IMG/VR virus record: IMGVR_UViG_3300045988_088815
Span: 58,691 to 122,690 of that record
DNA: 64,000 nucleotides
Source of the DNA: a virus
Reading direction: 5' to 3' (one strand)
Part shown: piece by piece, positions 8,116 to 15,383 of the stretch
Layout of the letters: each line of letters starts with the position of its first letter
How positions within the stretch are numbered: position 1 is the stretch's first letter
Notes under the pieces: generated by a model
Told to the model about the DNA's origin: nothing
Database searches by the model: none
What the model saw: the letters and a program-made list of their open reading frames with translations, nothing else
Translations under genes and position numbers: made by a program

Positions 8116-8256
8116 ATGGATGCAATGTTTCAAGTTTGTAAATATTGCAAGCATGCAAAACCAACTGAAACAGATTTACTTTATTGTGAGATTTGGAAAC
8201 GGAAGGTATGTGAGCATGAAAGTTGTGACGGAGATTCTGAAAACTATTTTGAATAA
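8116..8256 (+). CDS. small Cys-rich (zinc-ribbon-like) protein
   Basis: manual ORF; CKYC...C..W..KVCEHESC; GGAGG upstream. Confidence 0.4.
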   Translation: MDAMFQVCKYCKHAKPTETDLLYCEIWKRKVCEHESCDGDSENYFE

Positions 8257-8291
8257 GTTTATAACGCCTTCAGACATAAATAAATAGTAAT

Positions 8292-8423
8292 ATGAATGCA
8301 ACAGAAGCAAAGAAGACGCTATTTGAGATTAGAAAAAATCTTATTGACGATAAGCAGAAGCATGCTATTTGGTTAGCAATCAAAGCTATTGATTATTGTA
8401 TAAGATTGAGGAAAGGATATTAA
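8292..8423 (+). CDS. small hypothetical protein
   Basis: manual ORF; ATAAATA-N9-ATG context. Confidence 0.4.
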   Translation: MNATEAKKTLFEIRKNLIDDKQKHAIWLAIKAIDYCIRLRKGY

Positions 8424-8434
8424 CAGATAGTAAT

Positions 8435-8587
8435 ATGAAAGCAAGTGAGTTGATAGAGCATTTAAAATCTTACATTGACATCACGGGTGGAGATTGTGAA
8501 GTACTTGTATTTGATAAAGCAGATATTTCTTGTGATATTAAGAATACTTCTACAGATGGTGATTATATATTTCTACACATCATCTGA
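8435..8587 (+). CDS. small hypothetical protein
   Basis: ORF track 8396-8587; ATG at 8435 after TAGTAAT. Confidence 0.45.
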   Translation: MKASELIEHLKSYIDITGGDCEVLVFDKADISCDIKNTSTDGDYIFLHII

Positions 8588-8621
8588 TAAATACACAACG
8601 AAGACACCAGAGTAAATAACT

Positions 8622-8642
8622 ATCCCTTATGGGATATAAATA
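8622..8642 (+). promoter_or_regulatory. stem-loop plus TATAAATA motif 8 nt before the ATG
   Basis: ATCCC-ttat-GGGAT then TATAAATA. Confidence 0.5.
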
Positions 8643-8650
8643 TAAGTAAT

Positions 8651-8830
8651 ATGGTAGTATTGTTAACGATTTTAGGAACTATCTTTCTGATAGTTAGTGC
8701 AATATTTTGGTCAGAAACGCCAAAGTTGAGAACAGTAAGTATTGTAATTGCGACAGTGGCAGCAATACTTATGACCTTATGTTATGTAGGCTCTGTGCTT
8801 GCACAATATATGATAGAATTTACGAAATAA
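8651..8830 (+). CDS. small membrane protein (2 predicted TM helices)
   Basis: manual ORF, 59 aa, two hydrophobic helices. Confidence 0.45.
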   Translation: MVVLLTILGTIFLIVSAIFWSETPKLRTVSIVIATVAAILMTLCYVGSVLAQYMIEFTK

Positions 8831-8840
8831 TTAACTAACC

Positions 8841-8861
8841 ATCCTGCAAGGGATATAAATA
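8841..8861 (+). promoter_or_regulatory. stem-loop plus TATAAATA motif 9 nt before the ATG
   Basis: ATCC-tgcaag-GGAT then TATAAATA; left border of the radical-SAM cassette. Confidence 0.5.
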
Positions 8862-8870
8862 GAAGAGAAT

Positions 8871-9653
8871 ATGAAGGAATTAAGAAAGAAAACATTTAAG
8901 AATGGTGTCGTGTATTGCCTTCAATTAGAAGATGGTTTCCTTGTTGAAACGACAGATACATTCTTGCCTTATTACACCAAAGATGCAATAGGCAGACATC
9001 AGAATAAGCTCGACAACAATGAGCTTGGCGACCGCACGGAACGTTGGATGATAGGAGTATCTACAATGAGTGGGTGTCCAGTAAGATGCAAGTTCTGTGC
9101 TACAGGCAACATGAAACGTTATCGCAATCTTACGGCAGAAGAAATTGTTGAACAGGTTGAATTTGCCATCAACAAGGCAGGTGCTGACCCAAGCAAAGCA
9201 AAAGAGTTTAAGATTAACTATACTCGTATGGGCGAGCCATTCCTCAATATTGATGCAGTCAAGGATGCTATCCGCATTATTACTGAGAAATACCCAAATA
9301 CTCATCATTACGTATCAACGATTGGCATTAAGGGAAGCGATTTCTCTTTCATTAAGGGAAATATTACGTTACAGATTAGCTTACATTCATTTGATGATGA
9401 CAAGCGTAATTGGTTGATTCCTTACAAGAACAAGATGACTATTCAAGAGTTAGGTCAGATTCGCACAGAAAGCAATCTGAAGACTACAATCAATCTTACA
9501 CTTGTTGACACTTCCGATTTTGATGCAGAAAAGCTGAAAAAATGGTTTGATAAGGAGCATTTCTTCGTGAAGTTGTCTCCTATTAATGTGAATAACATAT
9601 CAGAGAAAAATCACCTCGGCAATGGTGTTGTAGAAGGAATTAATTTAGTATGA
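8871..9653 (+). CDS. RlmN/Cfr-like (class A) radical-SAM methylase core, lacking the C-terminal Cys loop
   Basis: SGCPVRCKFCATG cluster loop (C69/C73/C76), RMGEPFLN, VSTIG, LQISLHSFDDDKRNWLIP and KLSPINVN, all colinear with RlmN. Confidence 0.75.
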   Translation: MKELRKKTFKNGVVYCLQLEDGFLVETTDTFLPYYTKDAIGRHQNKLDNNELGDRTERWMIGVSTMSGCPVRCKFCATGNMKRYRNLTAEEIVEQVEFAINKAGADPSKAKEFKINYTRMGEPFLNIDAVKDAIRIITEKYPNTHHYVSTIGIKGSDFSFIKGNITLQISLHSFDDDKRNWLIPYKNKMTIQELGQIRTESNLKTTINLTLVDTSDFDAEKLKKWFDKEHFFVKLSPINVNNISEKNHLGNGVVEGINLV

Positions 9654-10417
9654 AAAAGGGTATTTTCAGATATAGAATTATCACAAATCTGAATTGCAAC
9701 ATGAACGAAAGTACAGGAGTAAACGGAAATTGTTACTTCTGCTACCAAAAGTTTAAGTCACCATTGCGACTGGATTGTGATAAGATGGAGGAAACTTTGA
9801 AGAAGGTTGGTGTTCTGAAAAGAGCAACTATCATGGGAGGCGAAAGCTTGCTCAATCCAGATTTGGTAAAGATTGTAAAGATAGTCAGCAACTATACATC
9901 TGATGGTATCTGTCTTGTTACAAATGGAATACTGCTTAATGAGGACATCATCGTTGCATTGAAAGATGCCGGATTAACTGAGGTTGCTATCAGCGTGTCT
10001 TCTATCGAACAGTACGAAAGACGTAGAGATATGGCACTTCTGTGTAAGGAGATTATTCCAAACACAAGAATAAACATTCCTAAGTGCAAGGAAAGTTTGA
10101 ATCCACAACTACTGAAAACAATACTATCAGATGGTTTCTATAGCATTGTATGCGAAGATTTACAGGCAAGGTATGGTGAGATAAGACTCCCAGATGGTTC
10201 TGTAAAGGTTGGTGATGACGGATATGGATTCTATGATTACAAGTGGAATGGACATACATTTGGAGTATTTGGCAATTATGGGAAGTACAACAGAAGCGAT
10301 ATTATCATAACTCCTCTTGGAAATTTCTGTGATTGGGAAAAGTATTGCAAGGCCGTTAAGAACAATGAGCTTGTAAGAAGAAATAATCATATTGATGATG
10401 ACAAAATTGTGCATTGA
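9650..10417 (+). CDS. radical-SAM protein with atypical CX11CX2C cluster motif
   Basis: NCNMNESTGVNGNCYFC, IMGGESLLNP (GGE motif), LVTNG; ATGA-coupled to the upstream gene. Confidence 0.65.
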   Translation: MKKGIFRYRIITNLNCNMNESTGVNGNCYFCYQKFKSPLRLDCDKMEETLKKVGVLKRATIMGGESLLNPDLVKIVKIVSNYTSDGICLVTNGILLNEDIIVALKDAGLTEVAISVSSIEQYERRRDMALLCKEIIPNTRINIPKCKESLNPQLLKTILSDGFYSIVCEDLQARYGEIRLPDGSVKVGDDGYGFYDYKWNGHTFGVFGNYGKYNRSDIIITPLGNFCDWEKYCKAVKNNELVRRNNHIDDDKIVH

Positions 10418-10838
10418 TTTCGGAAGTGGCTATAATCCAAAGGCTGGATATAAAACTTGCGATATAACAACCTTTCCACAATTGGATTTTCAGTATGATG
10501 GGAAAGATGAGATTGTCGGTCTTAGAGAAAAATCAGTAGATGTATTTTATCTAAGAAACGTTGTTCATCATATCCCAGATTTACAGAGAACTTTTATAAC
10601 CTTGAAGAAGTATCTGAAGGTAGGTGGGAAGCTAGTTATCATTGATTGCAATAAAGGTCATTATAAGACAAATGTATTTCTTGACAATTTATGGTATAGA
10701 TTTGTTGGCAATAACAACGAAATCTTTATCAGTAAACAGTATAGAGATTACATTAACGTTTTGATAAAGTTAGGTTTTAAGCAATTATATTATAAATCAT
10801 TTAAAGAAAAGGAGATTACTAAGTATGAATGCAATTAA
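10392..10838 (+). CDS. class I SAM-dependent methyltransferase
   Basis: motif I IDFGSG, LRNVVHHI, LKVGGKLVI. Confidence 0.7.
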   Translation: MMMTKLCIDFGSGYNPKAGYKTCDITTFPQLDFQYDGKDEIVGLREKSVDVFYLRNVVHHIPDLQRTFITLKKYLKVGGKLVIIDCNKGHYKTNVFLDNLWYRFVGNNNEIFISKQYRDYINVLIKLGFKQLYYKSFKEKEITKYECN

Positions 10839-10944
10839 GAATCAATTGGAAAAGATGGGCTACGATTATGCAGTAGCAATCGCAACAAAGGCTGAAATTG
10901 AGAATGGAGCTGCTTGTGGTCAGCTCGCTATTATTTGTGAGTAA
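10825..10944 (+). CDS. 39-aa peptide matching the RlmN/Cfr C-terminal catalytic-Cys loop
   Basis: manual ORF MNAIKNQLEKMGYDYAVAIATKAEIENGAACGQLAIICE; GAACGQLA matches the RlmN DAACGQLA loop; overlaps the methyltransferase stop. Confidence 0.55.
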   Translation: MNAIKNQLEKMGYDYAVAIATKAEIENGAACGQLAIICE

Positions 10945-10955
10945 GTAATTAACCA

Positions 10956-10981
10956 CCCTCTCCTTGGCAACAGGGAGAGGG
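10956..10981 (+). other. intergenic stem-loop closing the radical-SAM cassette
   Basis: CCCTCTCC-loop-GGAGAGGG; homologous copy at about 59026-59052. Confidence 0.6.
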
Positions 10982-10996
10982 TAAAAAGAAGAGAAT

Positions 10997-11293
10997 ATGG
11001 ACTTAGTAATTACAATATTAGGTTGGATTGCATTAGGTGTTATATCTGCTTATCTGTTAGCAATAGTAGGTAAAATAATCTTTGATGCTGCAACCGCTGA
11101 TTATAAGTTATACAAGCATGTAAGATTGTGTCGCAAGAGATTGCTAAGACAGCGATATGAAGATTATGCTTGGCTATTATTCCAGTTAGAGAAAGATACG
11201 AAAGTTTTCAATCTTACTCATAATACAAGAGATTGGACTTTTGAAGATTGGAGAGAATTTTATCTTAAAAAAGCTAAGGAGGATAAGCTATGA
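10997..11293 (+). CDS. membrane-anchored hypothetical protein
   Basis: ORF track; N-terminal TM helix. Confidence 0.55.
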   Translation: MDLVITILGWIALGVISAYLLAIVGKIIFDAATADYKLYKHVRLCRKRLLRQRYEDYAWLLFQLEKDTKVFNLTHNTRDWTFEDWREFYLKKAKEDKL

Positions 11294-11424
11294 CTATAAC
11301 AATACCAATGTGGCTACTATATGTCGTAGGAGGCATTGTAGCAATCGTATTATTATTTTGTTCGTATGTTGGAATAATTTTTCTGTGGGGTTTTTATGAC
11401 CCTTTTAAAAAATTTAGAAAATGA
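11290..11424 (+). CDS. small membrane protein
   Basis: manual ORF; ATGA overlaps on both sides. Confidence 0.4.
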   Translation: MTITIPMWLLYVVGGIVAIVLLFCSYVGIIFLWGFYDPFKKFRK

Positions 11425-11564
11425 ACAAAGATAAAGCAATAGTTCACATTAATAATGTTTCCAAGATGATTGGCTCAAAAAGAATAAAATTAAGTGAAGG
11501 CACTACAATTTATATTCAAAACGAGTTAGTCTTGGCACTTAAAGAGTTGGAGATTAAAGTTTGA
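11421..11564 (+). CDS. small hypothetical protein
   Basis: manual ORF. Confidence 0.4.
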   Translation: MNKDKAIVHINNVSKMIGSKRIKLSEGTTIYIQNELVLALKELEIKV

Positions 11565-11848
11565 TGAAGAAAATTTATATGATTATAAGAATTTTAACTT
11601 GTAAGAAAGTTATTCTTATCTCAGAGTTAAGTAAAAATTCCTATAAAGTATCCTTTGGTGGTTTATATGAGATTGAAGCAACTAGGGTTCTTAGAAATAT
11701 TATTTTAACAAGGAATAGTATGGATAAAGAATTTATAAAAGGTCAGCTTAAAAGTGCTTTGTTTTGGCTCAATACGTCAAATACAAAGAAGAACATCTTG
11801 CATGCTAAAGATAGTATAAATATGGCAATTAAAGAGTTGGAGGACTAA
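11564..11848 (+). CDS. hypothetical phage protein
   Basis: ORF track 11561-11848; ATG at 11564. Confidence 0.5.
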   Translation: MKKIYMIIRILTCKKVILISELSKNSYKVSFGGLYEIEATRVLRNIILTRNSMDKEFIKGQLKSALFWLNTSNTKKNILHAKDSINMAIKELED

Positions 11849-11849
11849 T

Positions 11850-12053
11850 ATGACAAAGCAAGAAGCAATGGCTTTCGCTATCAGCGTAGGAAAGCCGATA
11901 AGGCACAACTCATTCTCAAAAGGTGAGTTTGTTCGATATGAAGGAAAGGAGTTAGTTGATGAAGAAGGAACTATCCTTCCTCAACAAGAGTTTTGGGCTA
12001 TCCGTTCAGGTGGCTCTTGGGAGAATGGATGGGAAGAATATAATGATAATTGA
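11850..12053 (+). CDS. hypothetical phage protein
   Basis: ORF track; GGAGG upstream. Confidence 0.5.
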   Translation: MTKQEAMAFAISVGKPIRHNSFSKGEFVRYEGKELVDEEGTILPQQEFWAIRSGGSWENGWEEYNDN

Positions 12054-12055
12054 TT

Positions 12056-12226
12056 ATGACAAGAGAAGAATTACAAAATAAACATGGCGATGCTATCTGT
12101 GAGTATTGTAACAAGAACATTATCTCAGAATATAACATCGGCATAGGTTGGCTTTGCGAAGGTCAGTATTGTGAGGAAGCACAAGATGGCTACGCAGCAG
12201 AAAATAACATAGAGTTGGAGGATTGA
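12056..12226 (+). CDS. small Cys-rich protein, paralog of 60113-60280
   Basis: manual ORF MTREELQNKHGDAICEYC..CEGQYCEE..IELED. Confidence 0.5.
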   Translation: MTREELQNKHGDAICEYCNKNIISEYNIGIGWLCEGQYCEEAQDGYAAENNIELED

Positions 12227-12228
12227 TT

Positions 12229-12570
12229 ATGATACAAAAACAGACATGGAAGGATGAAATCAGAATTTTAATAACTGATGAAGAAAATCATGGCTCTGTT
12301 CAAATATCCATTCCATTATATGTTAGTGATATTTTCGGCAAGGCTGATGCTCTAATATACGCTCTTTGGGTTGATGTTGTTTATAGAAGAAATGGTGTTG
12401 CACAACGCCTGTTACAACTCGCAGAACAACAGGCTAAGTTAAATGGGGTGAAGACAATCGGATTGGAATTTGATAAAGATGAATCTGATAGATTTGTTCT
12501 AGATTGGTATCTCCGTAGTGGTTATAAATCATTTGATAAGAAAAGTAATTTATTAATTAAAAAAATATAG
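12229..12570 (+). CDS. GNAT-family N-acetyltransferase
   Basis: motif A VYRRNGVAQRLL; about 113 aa. Confidence 0.6.
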   Translation: MIQKQTWKDEIRILITDEENHGSVQISIPLYVSDIFGKADALIYALWVDVVYRRNGVAQRLLQLAEQQAKLNGVKTIGLEFDKDESDRFVLDWYLRSGYKSFDKKSNLLIKKI

Positions 12571-12578
12571 TATTAGTT

Positions 12579-12800
12579 ATGTCATGGTTAGCAGTAGATA
12601 AAGGTGGCTGTGAACATATTTTTGCAGAAAAACCTTGCAGAAATGAAAGTAATACATTATGGATTTGCTCTGTCTTATATTTATATGGGCAGAGGTACGC
12701 AAATACCGGTTGCTGTTACCTTCCTAAAGGAAGCATTAAGAAGCTCATCGGAAAAGAATTGTCTTGGAAAGATGAGCCTGTCGAACTTAAAGAAGATTGA
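12579..12800 (+). CDS. hypothetical phage protein, paralog of 60853-61044
   Basis: shared LPKGSIKKLIGKELSWKDEPVELKED C-terminus. Confidence 0.55.
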   Translation: MSWLAVDKGGCEHIFAEKPCRNESNTLWICSVLYLYGQRYANTGCCYLPKGSIKKLIGKELSWKDEPVELKED

Positions 12801-12801
12801 T

Positions 12802-12993
12802 ATGGAAGAATTATTAAAGGCATTATTGGATGTATATATTCCTGTATTAAATGCTAATTGCAAGAAAACGTTTGCATTCTTAGATGAATACGTTCCTCCA
12901 CCTACAAGGAAGGAAAGACGTAAACGTGAAAGAGAACTTAAAAAGAAGTTTCCTCTCGATTTGACAAAGTTTATAGAATCACATAGAACTTAA
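12802..12993 (+). CDS. hypothetical phage protein
   Basis: ATG at 12802 within track ORF 12604-12993. Confidence 0.45.
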   Translation: MEELLKALLDVYIPVLNANCKKTFAFLDEYVPPPTRKERRKRERELKKKFPLDLTKFIESHRT

Positions 12994-13005
12994 AGAAGAA
13001 TAGTT

Positions 13006-13263
13006 ATGGAAACATATAGAATAGTAGATATGTATCGTAAAAGCAAGGCTGTTAAAGGCATACATTACGATTCTCAGGATAATCCAATCCTTGCTTATCG
13101 TGTAGATAAGAGACATTCATTGTTATTTGGACTTATCCATTATTGGGACTATGGCGCATATAACCTTTGCCCAGACTATTTGTTTTCTTCGATAGATAAA
13201 GCAGAAGAAGCTATATTGAAGGTTGATAAAAGTAGAAGAGTAACAATTATTTTATATAAGTAG
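13006..13263 (+). CDS. hypothetical phage protein
   Basis: ORF track. Confidence 0.55.
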   Translation: METYRIVDMYRKSKAVKGIHYDSQDNPILAYRVDKRHSLLFGLIHYWDYGAYNLCPDYLFSSIDKAEEAILKVDKSRRVTIILYK

Positions 13264-13266
13264 CTT

Positions 13267-13662
13267 ATGAAAATTAAAGATATTAAGTTCAAGGCTAAAC
13301 GTCTTGACGGAAAAGGATGGGTTTGCGGATATTTCTACGAAGAGAATGGTAATACATACATCATTGAGAATCGTCAGAAAGAAAGCAAGTTAAACAGAAA
13401 TCCCACTTATCAGGTTGACCCTTCTACCGTCTGCCAGTTCACAGGGTTGAAAGATAGTGAGGGAAAGGAGATTTGGGAAGGTGATATTCTTCGGGATGTA
13501 TATTTTGGTCATTTTAAGCACTTTGTTATTTTTGCTAACGGCACATTCTTGGCACAAAAGGAAGGTCAATATATAGGTATTCCTCTTAACAAATGTGTAG
13601 ATAATTTTGGCAATGTAACTTGCGCAAAAGTTGTCGGCAACAAATTCGATAAAAAGAAGTAG
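13267..13662 (+). CDS. YopX-family phage protein
   Basis: MKIKDIKFKAKRLDGKGW..VDPSTVCQFTGLKDSEGKEIWEGDI; paralog of 61338-61700. Confidence 0.65.
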   Translation: MKIKDIKFKAKRLDGKGWVCGYFYEENGNTYIIENRQKESKLNRNPTYQVDPSTVCQFTGLKDSEGKEIWEGDILRDVYFGHFKHFVIFANGTFLAQKEGQYIGIPLNKCVDNFGNVTCAKVVGNKFDKKK

Positions 13663-13665
13663 CGT

Positions 13666-14046
13666 ATGAATATAGGAATTTTATATCTTTGTATGAGTTT
13701 TATCTACATCCTGCTTATTTGCTTGGATGGAGAAGATGTAAAACCGAAATGGAAACAATGGCTAGCTGACAAACTAGGCATCAAGCCAAAGATAGAGGTT
13801 AGATACATAAAGCCACAAGTCGTTAAGCTTCATTCAAGAGTTACAATGTCGAATTTTGAAATGCAATACTATTGCCGTGACAAATCTGGCATGGAGCAAT
13901 TGAAGAGAAGAGCAATAGAAAGTGTGTACGATGAAATTCTTAAGGGAATGAAGGCAAACGAATTGGTTTCCATTTCGCAATATAATGACATTTATAGTAA
14001 TAACACTATTTATGAGGGGACATGTGAAATTTATAAAAACAAGTAG
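13666..14046 (+). CDS. membrane-anchored hypothetical protein
   Basis: ORF track; GTAGCGTATG junction. Confidence 0.55.
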   Translation: MNIGILYLCMSFIYILLICLDGEDVKPKWKQWLADKLGIKPKIEVRYIKPQVVKLHSRVTMSNFEMQYYCRDKSGMEQLKRRAIESVYDEILKGMKANELVSISQYNDIYSNNTIYEGTCEIYKNK

Positions 14047-14049
14047 TAT

Positions 14050-14373
14050 ATGAAGATAAGACAAGCTAAGAAAATCTTGAATATGATGGCGAAAGGAACG
14101 GACACACGTTACTTCGATTCAAAATATACATTCAAGAAAGAGAGTAGATTCATTCCTAGATTAAAGAATCTCTATCAGAAAGCAACTATCAGATGGAATA
14201 AGGTAAATATGCCGAGTGCCAACGTTAGTTTGTTTCGTTCAATTTTGAGAACTTCAAAGGAATGCAGTCGTTGTAAACATTTCAATGGTATGCTTGCAGG
14301 AAGATGTACTAAACTACATAAGTATGTTGAAAGCAGCGATTGGTGTCATGGAACGTTTTTTCATAGAAAGTGA
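14050..14373 (+). CDS. hypothetical protein, MKIRQAKKI family
   Basis: ORF track; paralogs at 14381 and 62367. Confidence 0.55.
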   Translation: MKIRQAKKILNMMAKGTDTRYFDSKYTFKKESRFIPRLKNLYQKATIRWNKVNMPSANVSLFRSILRTSKECSRCKHFNGMLAGRCTKLHKYVESSDWCHGTFFHRK

Positions 14374-14380
14374 GGTTGAT

Positions 14381-14650
14381 ATGAAAATAAGACAAGCTAA
14401 GAAGATAATGAAGCAAGTCTATAAGACTAGATATTGGGCATATAGGCAAGGCTATTATTGTGGCAAGAAGGATGCAGGAAAGCTAGCTGGAGACCATCGT
14501 TTGTTAAAGGCTATGCGTCTTACAAAGAAGTGGAAAAGCCGCAAGATACGAAACGAAGCGAATAAAATGTTGAAGAAAAATCCGTTAAAACCGAGGGATC
14601 TTCAACGTAGTGCTTTAAGATTAATGAGATATGGATGTAGCAAAGCTTAA
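14381..14650 (+). CDS. hypothetical protein, MKIRQAKKI family
   Basis: internal ATG of track ORF 14285-14650. Confidence 0.55.
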   Translation: MKIRQAKKIMKQVYKTRYWAYRQGYYCGKKDAGKLAGDHRLLKAMRLTKKWKSRKIRNEANKMLKKNPLKPRDLQRSALRLMRYGCSKA

Positions 14651-14966
14651 TCAGGAAATTTTAGGCGTAGATTTGGAATACAAAAACGTCTATATTGATG
14701 CGGAGAACACAAGAATGATACGTGCCAAATTACCTGATGGGTATTGCGATTTGGTTCGCACAGATGTGTGGAATGGTCGTGTGAATCATCCGGAAGAGCA
14801 TGATATTGTAAAATATACGGCAATCTCTTGGTATAGAGAAGAATTTGTCGGTGGAGTTGATTTAGGTCGCAACTATATGCATGCTAAATATAAGTTCTTC
14901 GAGTTGGTTGTGAATAAAAAATATATTTTGGAAATGAAACATAAGAAAAATGAAAATGCTAGATAA
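14631..14966 (+). CDS. hypothetical phage protein
   Basis: ORF track. Confidence 0.5.
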   Translation: MDVAKLNQEILGVDLEYKNVYIDAENTRMIRAKLPDGYCDLVRTDVWNGRVNHPEEHDIVKYTAISWYREEFVGGVDLGRNYMHAKYKFFELVVNKKYILEMKHKKNENAR

Positions 14967-15378
14967 TAAGTTAATCATAGATATTCCTAAAGGAATGGAA
15001 GTGGATATTGAAAAAAGTGACTTGAAAGCGGGCATTATAGCATTCAAGAAGAGACCCTTCAGCTATGAGGATGTTATATCTACTTTAATAGACCGTGGTC
15101 TTAGTCCTGTCGTTGCTAATGTTACTAATAGTAATGTAGAGAAAATTGTTGCATTGGATAAGTTAATGGATATAGCTAAATGTTATAATGGAGATTGGAA
15201 ACCGGATTGGAATTCTAAAGAATGCAAGCATAATATCATGCGAACCAGCGAATACGGTATTACTTCTAGTAGTGTTTATAACGAAGGTGCTATTTACTTC
15301 AAGAACAAAGAAGATGCCCAAGCCGTTATTGATAATCCGAATTTCAGAAGCATTCTTGATGCAATCTATAAGGACTAA
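14950..15378 (+). CDS. hypothetical phage protein
   Basis: ORF track. Confidence 0.55.
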   Translation: MKMLDNKLIIDIPKGMEVDIEKSDLKAGIIAFKKRPFSYEDVISTLIDRGLSPVVANVTNSNVEKIVALDKLMDIAKCYNGDWKPDWNSKECKHNIMRTSEYGITSSSVYNEGAIYFKNKEDAQAVIDNPNFRSILDAIYKD

Positions 15379-15383
15379 GGCTT

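Noticed and set aside
8925-9417. Track ORFs 8925-9308(-) and 9145-9417(+) overlapping the RlmN-like gene
   Set aside because: They lie inside a gene with colinear family motifs, have no independent signals, and are antisense or off-frame artefacts.
9650-10417. Calling the second radical-SAM enzyme QueE (7-carboxy-7-deazaguanine synthase)
   Set aside because: Only the inserted cluster spacing resembles some QueE enzymes. No FolE, QueD, QueC or DpdA genes are visible in the window, and the rest of the sequence was not recognisably QueE.
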